Notes: generated by a model not told the origin, from the letters alone. 64,000 nt of DNA from an uncultured Acidobacteriota bacterium (GCA_963804995.1 CAWDSK010000006.1:2048001-2112000), one strand, 5' to 3'; numbered from the stretch's first letter, positions 38,811 to 49,613 are shown. Program-made: numbers and translations.

Positions 38811-39815
38811 ATGGCAATGATGACTTATCGTGAAGCCCTTAACCAGGCGATGCGCGAGGAAATGCATCGCGACGAGACCGTGGTGCTGATGGGCGAGGAA
38901 GTGGGCTTCTACCAGGGCGCTTACAAGGTCAGCAAAGGACTGCTCGATGAGTTCGGGCCCATGCGGGTGCTCGACACTCCCATCACGGAGCTGGGCTTTA
39001 CGGGGCTCGGCGTGGGCGCGGCGATGGTAGGCGTGCGGCCCATCGTCGAGATGATGACCTTCAACTTCTCGATGTTGGCGCTCGACCAGATCGTGAATAG
39101 CGCGGCGAAAATGCTCTACATGTCAGGCGGGCAGTTTCCCATTCCCATGGTGATTCGCGGTCCCGGAGGCGCCGCGCACCAGCTTGCCGCGCAGCACTCG
39201 CAGTCGCTGGAATCGTGGTTCTGCCACGTTCCCGGCTTGAAGGTGGTGGCACCCTCTACCCCGGCTGACGCGAAGGGCTTACTCAAGACTTCGGTTCGTG
39301 ACAATAACCCAGTGATCTTCATCGAGTCGGAAGTGCTGTACGGGACGCGTGGCGACGTTCCCGAGGGGGATTACCTCATTCCGCTGGGCGTGGCTGACAT
39401 CAAACGCCCCGGCCGCGACGTGACCATCATCGCGCACTCGAAGATGGTGCTGCTGGCGCTCGATGCTGCCGCGGATCTGGCAAAGGAAGGTATCGAGGCT
39501 GAGGTGGTGGACCCGCGCACGCTGCGCCCGCTCGATACCGAGACTATTTTGAACTCCGTAAAGAAGACGAATCGCGTGGTGATTGTCGAGGAAGGCTGGC
39601 CTTACTGCGGAGTGGGCGCGCAGTTTGTGGATACGATCCAGCACGCCGCGTTCGATTACCTCGATGCGCCCATCCTGCGGGTGACCGGTGTCGACGTCCC
39701 CATGCCCTACGCGAAGAACCTGGAACACCTTGCGCAGCCTGATAAACAGCGCGTCAAAGACGCCGTTTACCGCGTGCTCTACCGGCAAGGAGTCGGGGCG
39801 CAAGGGCATGCGTAG
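38811..39815 (+). CDS. pdhB: Pyruvate dehydrogenase E1 beta
   Basis: 'GEEVGFYQGAYKVS', 'DTPITE', 'AAQHSQ', 'DVPMPYA'. Confidence 0.95.
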   Translation: MAMMTYREALNQAMREEMHRDETVVLMGEEVGFYQGAYKVSKGLLDEFGPMRVLDTPITELGFTGLGVGAAMVGVRPIVEMMTFNFSMLALDQIVNSAAKMLYMSGGQFPIPMVIRGPGGAAHQLAAQHSQSLESWFCHVPGLKVVAPSTPADAKGLLKTSVRDNNPVIFIESEVLYGTRGDVPEGDYLIPLGVADIKRPGRDVTIIAHSKMVLLALDAAADLAKEGIEAEVVDPRTLRPLDTETILNSVKKTNRVVIVEEGWPYCGVGAQFVDTIQHAAFDYLDAPILRVTGVDVPMPYAKNLEHLAQPDKQRVKDAVYRVLYRQGVGAQGHA

Positions 39816-39824
39816 GAGAGGATC

Positions 39825-40021
39825 GAAGTTAGAAGTTAGGAGCTAGGAGTCAGAAGCTAGAACTTAGAAACTGGAATCCAGAACTCAGGATTCAGAAACG
39901 AGCGGCGCAGATCATTCGGACCGGCGCAAATTCTCGCCGTCTAAAATGACGAGGAAACCGGGGGGCAAAGGCAGGCGGGATGCTTGCATTCTAGCTCCTA
40001 ACTCCTGGCTCCTAACTTCTA
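39825..40021. repeat. Inverted TAGAAG heptamer repeat element between pdhB and pdhC
   Basis: gaagtta gaagtta ggagcta ggagtca ... tagctcc taactcc tggctcc taacttc. Confidence 0.75.
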
Positions 40022-40058
40022 GATCCCTGCTCCTTTACTTACAAAATGAGGGTTCCCA

Positions 40059-41402
40059 ATGGCCGTTAAGGTAATGATGCCTAAGGGCAGCGATACGATG
40101 ACGGAGGGCAAAGTCCTGAAGTGGCTGAAGAGCGAAGGGGACACGATCTCCACTGGCGACACCGTTGTCGAAATCGAGACCGATAAGGTGGACATGGAAG
40201 TCGAAGCCATGGGCGGCGGCGTGCTCCGCAAGATTTTGGTCGAGAAAGGCAAAGTCGTGCCCGTGGGCGAATTGCTCGCGGTCATCGCGAAGCCCGACGA
40301 GGATATTGCGGCTCTGATCAAGGGCGACGGCAAGGGGTCCTCCGCTCCTCCACCCGCTGCCGCCGGAGCCGGTGCGCCTGCCTCCTCCGGAAAAGCAACG
40401 GCGGCTCCTCCGGCCGTTAGTGCTCCGCCCGAGCCTGCAGTGGGAGGATCTCTGCCAGTTCCTGAGACCGGCGGCCGCGTGATTGCCTCACCCCTGGCGC
40501 GAAAGATGGCGAAGGACATGGGTCTTGAGATTGCCAGCATCGCGGGCTCTGGTCCGGGAGGAAGAATCATTCGCCAGGACGTGGAGCGCAGCGCCGCGTT
40601 GCCTTCGCATGCGCGCACCGCAACCGGCGGCCAGGAAGCTCCCTCGCCTTTGCGCGCGCCAGTTGGAGCGCCTGTGCCCATCGCGCCGCGCCGGGCTCCC
40701 ATTGCTCCCACGGGTCCAGAGTTTTATGATGAGCCGCTCAGCTCCATGCGCAAGGTGATTGCCACGCGCCTGGTGCAGAGCAAGGCTCCGGTGCCGCATT
40801 TCTATCTCACCATCGAAGTGGATATGAAGCGCGCCAAGGAGTTGCGCGAGTCCGCCAACCTTCTCAACGCCGACCTGAAGCTCAGTTACAACGACGTAAT
40901 CTTAAAAGCCTGCGCCGCGGCTTTGCGCCAGCACCCGGAAGTGAACGCTTCATTCCAAGGTGAGTCGATTCGCTATCACAACCGCGTGCACATGGGTATG
41001 GCGGTATCGACGGACGGCGGCGGGCTGATTACGCCCGTCATCCGCAACTGCGATGCGAAGACCTTGCAGGAGATTTCCCGCGAGGCGAAAGAGCTGGCCG
41101 GCCGTGCCCGTACGCGCAAACTGCTTCCTGAGGAATACGTGGGTTCCACCTTCTCCGTCTCGAATCTTGGCATGCTGGGCATCGAGGAGTTTTCCGCGGT
41201 CATTAACCCGCCGGAAGGGGCGATCCTGGCCGTGGGAATGGTGGCAGAGAAACCGGTGGTGGTGGAAGGCCGCGTGGAAGTCGGCTTGCGCTGCCGCCTG
41301 ACGCTCGCCTGCGACCACCGTGTGGTGGACGGCGCCACCAGCGCCAAGTTCCTGCAAACCCTGAAACAGATTCTGGAGAATCCTGTATATCTGGCGTTCT
41401 GA
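40059..41402 (+). CDS. pdhC: Dihydrolipoamide acetyltransferase E2
   Basis: Lipoyl 'EIETDKV', E3-binding 'ASPLARKMA...GSGPGGRI', catalytic 'DHRVVDG'. Confidence 0.95.
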   Translation: MAVKVMMPKGSDTMTEGKVLKWLKSEGDTISTGDTVVEIETDKVDMEVEAMGGGVLRKILVEKGKVVPVGELLAVIAKPDEDIAALIKGDGKGSSAPPPAAAGAGAPASSGKATAAPPAVSAPPEPAVGGSLPVPETGGRVIASPLARKMAKDMGLEIASIAGSGPGGRIIRQDVERSAALPSHARTATGGQEAPSPLRAPVGAPVPIAPRRAPIAPTGPEFYDEPLSSMRKVIATRLVQSKAPVPHFYLTIEVDMKRAKELRESANLLNADLKLSYNDVILKACAAALRQHPEVNASFQGESIRYHNRVHMGMAVSTDGGGLITPVIRNCDAKTLQEISREAKELAGRARTRKLLPEEYVGSTFSVSNLGMLGIEEFSAVINPPEGAILAVGMVAEKPVVVEGRVEVGLRCRLTLACDHRVVDGATSAKFLQTLKQILENPVYLAF

Positions 41403-41441
41403 CGCACGGTAGAGCGCAAAACCTCGCTTCGCTGGAAAGGC

Positions 41442-41471
41442 CGCAGGGCCGGACCGCGGGCCCTGCGCTAC
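41442..41471 (-). repeat. GTAG-type REP (GTAGCGCAGGGCC...GGCCCTGCG)
   Basis: Sister of 9791-9820. Confidence 0.75.
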
Positions 41472-41479
41472 TTCTGACT

Positions 41480-42250
41480 ATGCGATTTGAAAAAGAATTG
41501 GAAGTTGCGCAACGCATCGCCGAACAGGCGGGGCGGCTGGCGCTGGAAAGCCAGGCACGTGGATTCCAGTGGGAAGCGAAGCCTGATGATTCTCCCGTGA
41601 CTGCTGTCGACCGCGCCAACGAGCGGCTGATCTGCGGGTTGCTCGAAGAAGCCTTTCCCGACGACGGCATCCTGGGCGAAGAGGGCGCGGCACGTGAATC
41701 GCACAACGGCCGCCGCTGGATTATCGACCCCATCGATGGCACGCGCGACTTTGTGAGGGGCATTCCCACCTGGAGCGTCATGCTGGCGCTCGAAGCGGAG
41801 GGCGAGGTGGTGGTGGGCGTGTGCCACCTGGCGGCGCTCGGGGAACTCCATTCCGCTGCCGCTGGTGTGGGAGCCTTTCGCAACGGAACTCGCATCCACG
41901 CAGCGCCCGCCAAAACGGTTGAGCAAGCCGTGATCTGTGTGACCGCTCTGCGAAACCTCAACGGGCGCGACTTCTCCGACAGGCTGATTCCCTGGATGTC
42001 CCGCTTTTGGGCAGTGCGAAGCATGGGCGGCTGCATGGACGCGATGTGCGTCGCCTCCGGGCGTGCCGATGCTTTTATCGAAGTCGAAGCCAAGGCTTGG
42101 GACCTGGCTCCGCTCAAGATCATTGCCGAGGAAGCCGGTGCGCGCTTCCTCAACTTCAATGGCAAGTCGAGCATCTATGGCGGCAACTGCGTGATCACCA
42201 TTCCTTCCCTCGAAGCCGAGATTCGCCGGTTCCTGGGCATTCCAGATTGA
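41480..42250 (+). CDS. Inositol monophosphatase family protein (HisN-like)
   Basis: 'SPVTAVD', 'GEE', 'WIIDPIDGT', 'WDLAP'. Confidence 0.9.
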   Translation: MRFEKELEVAQRIAEQAGRLALESQARGFQWEAKPDDSPVTAVDRANERLICGLLEEAFPDDGILGEEGAARESHNGRRWIIDPIDGTRDFVRGIPTWSVMLALEAEGEVVVGVCHLAALGELHSAAAGVGAFRNGTRIHAAPAKTVEQAVICVTALRNLNGRDFSDRLIPWMSRFWAVRSMGGCMDAMCVASGRADAFIEVEAKAWDLAPLKIIAEEAGARFLNFNGKSSIYGGNCVITIPSLEAEIRRFLGIPD

Positions 42251-42349
42251 ACCTGAGCGAGGGAAGACTCTCCCCTGCAACCTACCTCCGTGTGCCATCC
42301 GGCTAACCAGTCCATGCAGTAGAGGCGGCGGAACCTGTCCTGATCTTAA

Positions 42350-42391
42350 CGGGACGCCGCCATATGGCGAGGTAAACTCGCCGCTACGACA
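42350..42391 (-). repeat. GTAG-type REP, identical to 31968-32009
   Basis: cgggacgccgccatatggcgaggtaaactcgccgctacgaca. Confidence 0.85.
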
Positions 42392-42480
42392 TCAGATTGA
42401 CCCTGCCATCCTCCCAGATGCTTGCATTGTGCAAAATGTGTATAATGGCGGCAGCCCCTCTCTACCTACAAGGAGGCTTT

Positions 42481-43701
42481 ATGCGAACATGGCAACGTGT
42501 GTCGGTGGCCATTTTTGTGTTGGTGCTCTTTGCGCTTCCCTCGTATGCCCAGAGCAGAACGTGCAGCGGCATGAGCATTGGACAACTCACGAGTCTGAAC
42601 GGCTTCGTGCCTTTCCCTGCCGACAATCTTTGGAACACGGATATCGCCAGTGCGCCTGTGGATCCCAATTCTGCCGCTTACCTCAACTTCATTGGAATGG
42701 CCACCACCCTGCACGCTGACTTTGGAGCTGGTACTTATAACGGCCAAAGCATCGGCATACCCTACCAGGTTGAGGCCAACACGCAGCCGTTGGTCAATGT
42801 CGCGCTGGGCGCCTATGCGAGTGAGAGCGACCCGGGTCCCATGCCGATTTCCTCCAACGCCCTGATTGAGGGTTACCCCAAACCCGGAACCGGCGACCGA
42901 CACGTCCTGGTGCTTCAGAACGGCGGTTGCTGGCTCTATGAGCTTTACAACGCCACGTTGTCGAAGAAAGGGGCTTGGAGCGCCAATTCCCCGGCCATCT
43001 GGGATATGTCCGCTGACGAGCAGCGGCCTTACACGTGGACCTCTGCGGACGCCGCAGGGCTGCCGATTTTCGTGGGGTTGGTGCGCTACGATGAAGTTGC
43101 CGCGGGCGCCATCAACCACGCCTTGCGCTTTACCGTGCCCACTACCCAGAAAGCATTCGTGCTGCCCGCCACCCACTGGGCGTCGACTAACACCAGTAGC
43201 AGCGCGCCTCCCATGGGTCTGCGCCTGCGTCTGAAAGCGTCGTTTGATATCTCCGGTTACCCCACGGACGACCAGGTGATTCTGACTTGCCTGAAGAAGT
43301 ACGGCATGATCCTGGCGGATAACGGCAGCGGCATCTTCATCAGCGGCGCCCCGAACAGTAACTGGAACAACAATGATCTCTCCCTGCTCAAACAAATCAC
43401 AGCGGCGAGCTTTGAGGTTGTGGAGACCGGAACCATTTATACCCCCTCCAATGTTCCCACTGGTGCGTCGCCTACGATTTCCAGTTTCACGGCTAACCCC
43501 CCCACGGCAACGAAGGGGCAGTTGGTAACACTCAGTTGGACAACCAGCAATCAGCTCTACAACATCATTTCGCCGCAGGTGGGGCCCGTGCGCGGGACAC
43601 AGATTATCATTCCGGCTCCCTCGTCCACGACCACGTACACTCTCTACTCCACCAACCAGTACGGACGGACGACGCAGACTGTTACTTTGACTGTCCATTA
43701 G
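42481..43701 (+). CDS. Secreted hypothetical protein with C-terminal Ig-like domain
   Basis: AGGAGG RBS, signal peptide; 'GDRH', 'WTSADAAGLP', 'INHALRFT', 'YGMILADNG'; Thr-rich beta tail. Confidence 0.8.
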   Translation: MRTWQRVSVAIFVLVLFALPSYAQSRTCSGMSIGQLTSLNGFVPFPADNLWNTDIASAPVDPNSAAYLNFIGMATTLHADFGAGTYNGQSIGIPYQVEANTQPLVNVALGAYASESDPGPMPISSNALIEGYPKPGTGDRHVLVLQNGGCWLYELYNATLSKKGAWSANSPAIWDMSADEQRPYTWTSADAAGLPIFVGLVRYDEVAAGAINHALRFTVPTTQKAFVLPATHWASTNTSSSAPPMGLRLRLKASFDISGYPTDDQVILTCLKKYGMILADNGSGIFISGAPNSNWNNNDLSLLKQITAASFEVVETGTIYTPSNVPTGASPTISSFTANPPTATKGQLVTLSWTTSNQLYNIISPQVGPVRGTQIIIPAPSSTTTYTLYSTNQYGRTTQTVTLTVH

Positions 43702-43726
43702 ATTGAAATCAGTGGCAGGAAAAACC

Positions 43727-43753
43727 AGGGGCGCGGCATCTCGCGCCCCTTTT
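43727..43753 (+). terminator. Rho-independent terminator
   Basis: aggggcgcg-gcatct-cgcgcccct followed by T run. Confidence 0.7.
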
Positions 43754-43792
43754 CCATTATTGAAACGTCGTCTTAACGAGGAGGAATGAGGA

Positions 43793-43996
43793 CTGGCGCA
43801 GACCCCGGCTCTTTGGGGTCTGCGATGCCACGAAGAGGCAGTGATGAATTGCGCGTCACACGAGGGGTATAGAATTGTCGTTAGGTGGACGATAAATGCG
43901 CTTGTAGAAGCGTATGGCTCGTTTCACTCTAAACACTGGCCGGGATGGTGTCCATGCGGGACATCGCAGACCCCCAAGAACCGGGGTCTGCGCCAG
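43793..43996. repeat. Intact 204-bp REP doublet of the intron-target family
   Basis: CTGGCGCAGACCCCGGCTCTTTGGGGTCTGCGATG ... CATCGCAGACCCCCAAGAACCGGGGTCTGCGCCAG. Confidence 0.9.
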
Positions 43997-44033
43997 CCGC
44001 CGTTCTCGGACGCCGCGGCAGCAAGTCCAGCGC

Positions 44034-45326
44034 TCACACGTTCGGGTCGCCGTGAATTTCCACTTCCTCGGGCTCGGGGGTTAGCTCCACGGCTGGAGGA
44101 AGCTTCCCCGCCCAATTCGCCCATGCCCAGAAGATTGCCGTGGTTGAGCTGAGGATGCCCGCCACAAGTCCGATAGTGCGAGGGCTATGGTATTGCGAGG
44201 CGATGCCCGCCGCCGTCATGGACAGGATCATGGTGGACCAAACCAGCGATTCCGTCGTGGAAAACACCCTTCCGCGGAATTCGTCAGGAACATGGCGGAG
44301 CAATTGCGAGGTGTTCAACACCGAACTGACGGCCGTGCCGGCGCGGGAAAGCGCAATGAAGAATAGCGCCGCCCCGAAGCGCGGCATCTGGCTGAACAAC
44401 ACATACGCGCCGCCGTGGATGACGTAGCAGATGGAGATGGTGCGTTTGTAATTTCCAAAGCTGAGGCGCTTTCCCATGTAATGCCCGAAGCCGCCTCCGA
44501 TCAGCAGTCCGAGCCCCGCGAAACTCCAGATGATCCCGATTCCCGCCGGGCCCCGGTTGAAGACCTGTTCCCCGAAAAGTGTGAAGAGGATTTGCGCCGC
44601 GCCTCCTCCCGTCGCCCAGCCCACCCCCACCAGCGCGATGCCCAAAATCAGGGGCGAGGACCGCATGTAGCGCAGGCCCTCTTTGTACTCATGCCAGGGC
44701 CGCACCACCTGCTCCTCAGTCAACGCCTCGCGCTTGGCCCGGAAGCTGCCGGCCACGCGCAATTGCCAGATACAGATTGCCGACGCCAGGAAGGACAGGG
44801 AGTTCAAAACGAACGCCCACTGATATCCCAGGCTCGCCGCGCTCAAGCCCGCCACCATGGTTCCCACGGTTATGGTGGTCCACTGCGTGGTCTGGGTCAG
44901 GGAGTTCGCGGTGTGCAGTTCCTCTCGGTTGGTGATGGTGGGCAGGATGGCTGTGCGGCCGCTGGTGAAGAACGGCGACGCGAACATCAGGATCGCGCTC
45001 AGCCCATAAAGCAGCGATGTTGAGGGATGCCGGACCGTGAGCACGAACGCCAAAGCCACCACGGTGCGGACGAGGTCGCTTGCGATCATGATGCGCTTGC
45101 GGTCGAAACGGTTGAGGATGACGCCTGCCAGCGGCCCCGCCATCACCGCCGGAAAGGCGCGCGACAGCATGACACCGCTTACCACCAGTCCGGAATGGGT
45201 GGTCTCCATCGCCAGGCTGAAAACGGCAATGTTGTTGAAATGATCGCCGATTTCGCTTACGACCTGCCCGATCCAGGTGTAGCGGTAGTTGCGGTTTTGA
45301 CGCAGAAGTTGGACAAAATCATTCAT
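44034..45326 (-). CDS. MFS transporter (DHA3/macrolide-efflux-like)
   Basis: Multiple TM segments; 'NRFDRKRIMIASDLVR', 'VPDEFRGRVFS'. Confidence 0.9.
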   Translation of the reverse strand: MNDFVQLLRQNRNYRYTWIGQVVSEIGDHFNNIAVFSLAMETTHSGLVVSGVMLSRAFPAVMAGPLAGVILNRFDRKRIMIASDLVRTVVALAFVLTVRHPSTSLLYGLSAILMFASPFFTSGRTAILPTITNREELHTANSLTQTTQWTTITVGTMVAGLSAASLGYQWAFVLNSLSFLASAICIWQLRVAGSFRAKREALTEEQVVRPWHEYKEGLRYMRSSPLILGIALVGVGWATGGGAAQILFTLFGEQVFNRGPAGIGIIWSFAGLGLLIGGGFGHYMGKRLSFGNYKRTISICYVIHGGAYVLFSQMPRFGAALFFIALSRAGTAVSSVLNTSQLLRHVPDEFRGRVFSTTESLVWSTMILSMTAAGIASQYHSPRTIGLVAGILSSTTAIFWAWANWAGKLPPAVELTPEPEEVEIHGDPNV

Positions 45327-45647
45327 CAGTTCATCCGCCGTTGATTGCCGAAAAGGCGGGAATTCGTGCGGGTACCTGCCCCTGAGTGCAAGTCAGACCG
45401 GAACAATATTCTACAACAGCCTTCCGGCGTGCGAGTGGTTTATGCTCACGCGAGCGGAGAACTGGAACAGACACTAACGATAGGGATTTGGAATTATCGG
45501 CCCCGACCAGGGACTTGAATATTTTGCCCTCTCGGGAGAGAGGGTTGTGAATTCAAATCAACGTCCGCCCCTCATCCGACTATGGCCCCCCCTCGGTCGC
45601 CGTGGCGACATCGGGGCCGGATAAGGGGGGCCTGTCCCCGAGTTATT

Positions 45648-48353
45648 TCATCTCGGCAACTTTGCTTCACCAGTGATCTCAAAGTTCAAGCCGACGCCTG
45701 CCGCACTATCCGCAGGCTGAGCGCCACCCACGAAGATGCGGTATTTGCCGGGCGCGACCCGGTGTTCCCCCTGGTCATTCACCATGCTCAGGTCGCGTGG
45801 CTTAAGCGTAAAAGTCATGTGGCGGGATTGCCCTGGAGCAAGGTGGCAACGCTCGAAACCCCGCAGGGCCCGCAAGGGGGCCCCGGGCGTGGGCGGGAAC
45901 TCCAGGTAAAGCTCCGCAACCTCATCACCGGCAGGACCGGAAGTGTTGCGCACGTCCGCCTTAACGGTAAGTTCTTCTCCAGCTTTGAGTTGCGGTGCCG
46001 AAACTTTCAAATTGCTGTACTGGAAGGTCGAATAGCTCAACCCATAGCCGAAGGCATAGAGAGGCTTACCCTGGAAGTAGCGGTAAGTGCGGTTCTGCAT
46101 CGAGTATTCGTCAAAGGGCGGGAGTTGATCGAGGGAAGTGTAGAAAGTAATAGGCAACCGTCCAGCCGGATTATTAATTCCAGCCAGGGTTTCTGCAATC
46201 GCCGTGCCGCCCTCCTCCCCCGGGTACCAAGCTTCCAAGATCGCCGCCGCGTGTTCCTGCACCCAATTCACCGCCAGCGCACTGCCATTTACCAGAACCA
46301 CCACCAGAGGCTTACCCGTAGCGGCCAGGGCTTCCAGCAAATCCTGCTCCGCTTGCGGCAAGGCGATATCGGTGCGGTCGCCGCCGTTGAAGCCGGGCAC
46401 GTGGATGGGCATCTCTTCACCTTCGAGGTCCGGTGAGAGTCCCACGAAAGCCACCGCCACGTCCGAGTGCTTTGCCACATTCACCGCTTCTTCACGCAGA
46501 ACCTCCACCGGCGGTTGCCAGTTCAGAGTGACTCCGGCTGCCCACAGCACGGACTCATGCACATACTCCAGGCGGAAGGCGTGGGGTTGCTGGTCTGTGA
46601 AATGCGCCTGAAAAGTCGTGGGCGCGCCTTGCCGGACGTATTCGCCGATTACGCCCTCCAGCACCGATTTGCCGTCCAGGTAGACCCGATACGTTTCCTT
46701 ATCCTCACACGGCCAGCAATCCGGCTTGCTCACCGTGAACGAGTAATCCCCAGGTCCGGGCGGAGTCAGCGTGCCCGTCCAGCGCACGGCAAAAGCCTTC
46801 ATATCGACTCCCGGCGCGGGCACAGCCGAGTTCCAATCAAACTGGATGCGCGGGTCGACCCGGGTGAGTACAGGCTTCCCGGAGAAGTTGGTATTTGAGA
46901 AATACTCGGCTTTTAGGCCTTGGGAGCCTGTCACAAGGGAGGGATGGAAGACGGTTGTGGGGACCGGAAGAGGCAACTGGCTTAAAAAGGGAGAGCCTTG
47001 CGCGGTGAGAATATCGGCCTTGCCGACAAACAATTTGCGCATGCCGTCCAGAGGATAAACAGGATGAGACGGCACACCGTTGTAGTTGCCTTCGAGCGCC
47101 ACCAGAGACTCCGCGTCCGGTCCGATCACGGCGATGGTATGGAAGCTTGATTTCAGGGGCAGGATGCCATTCTGGTTTTTCAAAAGCACCATCGACTCGC
47201 GCGCCGCCTTCAAGGCCAGCGCCCGGTGTTGGAGTGAATCATTCTCTCGAAAGGGAATGCGATTGAACGCCACGGCGCTCGGGGGGTCAAACATTCCCAG
47301 GCGGATCCGGGCGGTGAAGAGGCGTTTCAAGTCGGTATCGATTTCGCTCTCCTTGATCAAGCCATCCTGCACGGCTTTGACCAGCGCCACGTATTCATGG
47401 CCGCAGGTGGTGTCTGTCCCGGCCAGTGCGGCCAGGGCGGACCCGTGCTCGTTGTCGGGCGTGAATTTGTGGCCCTCGGTGATGTCTCCGACCGCGCCGC
47501 AGTCGGAAGTTACGTACCCTTGAAACTTCCAGGCGTCGCGAAGCGTGGTTTGCAGCAGGAATTTGTTGGCGCATCCCGGCACGCCGTCGATGGAGTTATA
47601 AACGCACATGACGGAATCCGCGTGGCCCTCCACGACCGTGGTGCGGAAGGCGGGCAAGTAAGTGTCCTCCAGGTCGTGCGGCGAAACGTTGACGTTAAAT
47701 GTGTGCCGCTCCGGATCAGGCCCGCTGTGGACCGCATAGTGTTTGGGAGTCGCGATTGCCTTCAAGTACTTGGGATCGTCTCCCTGCACGCCGGTCACAA
47801 ACGCCAAGCCCAGCTTCCCGGTGAGAAACGGATCTTCGCCGAAGGTCTCCTGCCCGCGCCCCCAGCGAGGATCGCGGAAGATGTTGATGTTGGGCGACCA
47901 AAAATCCAGACCGTAGAAGATGCTATGGTTCCCTTCCCGCTGCGCCTGGTTGTATTTGGCGCGACCCTCGGTTGCGATAGTCTCGCCCTCCTGGTGGACC
48001 ATCGCCTGATCCCAGGTCGCTGCCATGCCGATGGCTTGCGGGAATACGGTCGCGTAACCCGAGCGCGCCACCCCGTGCAACGCTTCACTCCACCAGTTGT
48101 AGGAGGGAATGCCCAGCCGGAGGATTTCCGGGGACGTGTATTGCATTTGCTGAACCTTCTCATCCAGGGTCAGGCGTGACACCAGGTCGTCCACGCGCTT
48201 CTCAATGGGCAGCGCGGGATTCCGGAACGCGGGTGTAGCGTTTTCGGTCTGGCTCTGGGCAAAACCTGCAGGCATCAATCCGCAGAAGAGACCGAATGCA
48301 AAGAGCGCAGGAATAATTAATTGGCTAACCGAACGGTTCTTCGTCGTATTCAT
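45648..48353 (-). CDS. GH3 beta-glucosidase/xylosidase with PA14 and Fn3-like domains
   Basis: 'WSEALHG', 'RDPRWGRGQETFGEDP', 'KHYAVH', 'TSDCGA', 'WYPGEEGG', 'FGYGLSY'. Confidence 0.95.
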   Translation of the reverse strand: MNTTKNRSVSQLIIPALFAFGLFCGLMPAGFAQSQTENATPAFRNPALPIEKRVDDLVSRLTLDEKVQQMQYTSPEILRLGIPSYNWWSEALHGVARSGYATVFPQAIGMAATWDQAMVHQEGETIATEGRAKYNQAQREGNHSIFYGLDFWSPNINIFRDPRWGRGQETFGEDPFLTGKLGLAFVTGVQGDDPKYLKAIATPKHYAVHSGPDPERHTFNVNVSPHDLEDTYLPAFRTTVVEGHADSVMCVYNSIDGVPGCANKFLLQTTLRDAWKFQGYVTSDCGAVGDITEGHKFTPDNEHGSALAALAGTDTTCGHEYVALVKAVQDGLIKESEIDTDLKRLFTARIRLGMFDPPSAVAFNRIPFRENDSLQHRALALKAARESMVLLKNQNGILPLKSSFHTIAVIGPDAESLVALEGNYNGVPSHPVYPLDGMRKLFVGKADILTAQGSPFLSQLPLPVPTTVFHPSLVTGSQGLKAEYFSNTNFSGKPVLTRVDPRIQFDWNSAVPAPGVDMKAFAVRWTGTLTPPGPGDYSFTVSKPDCWPCEDKETYRVYLDGKSVLEGVIGEYVRQGAPTTFQAHFTDQQPHAFRLEYVHESVLWAAGVTLNWQPPVEVLREEAVNVAKHSDVAVAFVGLSPDLEGEEMPIHVPGFNGGDRTDIALPQAEQDLLEALAATGKPLVVVLVNGSALAVNWVQEHAAAILEAWYPGEEGGTAIAETLAGINNPAGRLPITFYTSLDQLPPFDEYSMQNRTYRYFQGKPLYAFGYGLSYSTFQYSNLKVSAPQLKAGEELTVKADVRNTSGPAGDEVAELYLEFPPTPGAPLRALRGFERCHLAPGQSRHMTFTLKPRDLSMVNDQGEHRVAPGKYRIFVGGAQPADSAAGVGLNFEITGEAKLPR

Positions 48354-48629
48354 GTGAGTTACCTTTAGGTGAATTCAGCCGAACACTATCCTCTGGCAGT
48401 TTGCTGATTCCGGTCGCGCCGGTCACCGATTCCAAGGGGATTGCCGGTCGCGAGCCTACCAGCACCGGCGGCAGAATAGTGGCTGAACAGACCGGGTGAG
48501 TCAACCTGATTCGGCAGGGATAGAATAAGGAAGACTTTCAGCAAGGGTAGCCCAGATCGCTCCATGAGGAGAAATCCCTCCTAGCTTCTAACTTCTCACT
48601 CCTTCGCTTCTGCCCTTCCCGTGGGCACT

Positions 48630-49613
48630 CTATTTCACCAAAGCCCTAAAACTACTGACGCCTTCGGGCCGGGGGTTGGCGATTATGGAATCCAGGGCGC
48701 CGGTTATTCCCTTCAGGTAGCAATCGAAGAAGGCCACAGCGTACTCGGCGATGAGTGGCTGGTACTTTTCATTCAGGTTGGTCCAGGCGAAGTGGCCGGC
48801 GCCGCCAAACTCCACGTAATACTTGGGCGTCGAATTCAAATCGTAGGCGCCACCTGCGCGGCGGACCATGGGTGTGATGGTCACATCCATCGTGCCACCC
48901 TGATACATGACGGGCACGTCGAGGTGCGCCAGGTTCCCTTTCTTGAGAAAGGGGGCACAATAGGGTGACAAGCCCAGAACGGCTTTGATGCGCGGATCCT
49001 TCCAGGACGGCCACGCTCCCGCCACACCGAGGGCCGTGTACCCTCCCAGGGAATGCCCGGCCACGCCGATGCGGTTAGAATCAATGGGCACACCCTCAAA
49101 CGTCCCCGCCGCAAGAACGGCGTCCAGGATGGCTTTGAGGTCGGCAGCACGGTTCTTGTAGGTGGCGTCGCTCCACACATCGGGAAAGTTGAAGGGTTTT
49201 TCGGAGGGGGTGCTGTGGAGTTTTTCAAAGAGCTTGCCCGGATACCATCCCTCCTTTTCCCTGGCGCTGCCGCACCACGCGTCGGGATGATTGGGAGCAA
49301 GAACGAAATACCCGGCATCGGCAAGAGCCTCCACAAGGAGGATAGATTGTGTGTCGCATCCCGTGAAGCCATGGGAAAAGAGGATGAGCGGGTATCCACT
49401 GGGTGGGGCCGTGCCTACGGGTTTCCACAGAGCCACCCTGCGCCCCGCGATGGTGACCTCCGTCACCGGGTGATTCGTGCGGCCCACCATGGCGGTGAAC
49501 TGTTGAAATGCCATGAGGGCCCCACAGAGGATGAGAACCAGCGTAAGAAGAGAGAGACCGAGCCTCTTCAGAACAACCTTTCCCTTCGAGCGCCGATCCG
49601 CCAATATAGACAT
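48630..49613 (-). CDS. Alpha/beta hydrolase (PAF-acetylhydrolase/dienelactone-hydrolase-like)
   Basis: 'LILFSHGF', 'GHSLGG', Asp and His of the triad; N-terminal hydrophobic segment. Confidence 0.85.
   Translation of the reverse strand: MSILADRRSKGKVVLKRLGLSLLTLVLILCGALMAFQQFTAMVGRTNHPVTEVTIAGRRVALWKPVGTAPPSGYPLILFSHGFTGCDTQSILLVEALADAGYFVLAPNHPDAWCGSAREKEGWYPGKLFEKLHSTPSEKPFNFPDVWSDATYKNRAADLKAILDAVLAAGTFEGVPIDSNRIGVAGHSLGGYTALGVAGAWPSWKDPRIKAVLGLSPYCAPFLKKGNLAHLDVPVMYQGGTMDVTITPMVRRAGGAYDLNSTPKYYVEFGGAGHFAWTNLNEKYQPLIAEYAVAFFDCYLKGITGALDSIIANPRPEGVSSFRALVK

Noticed and set aside
37707..41402. PDH operon without E3 (lpdA)
   Set aside because: E3 is commonly encoded elsewhere; not unusual.
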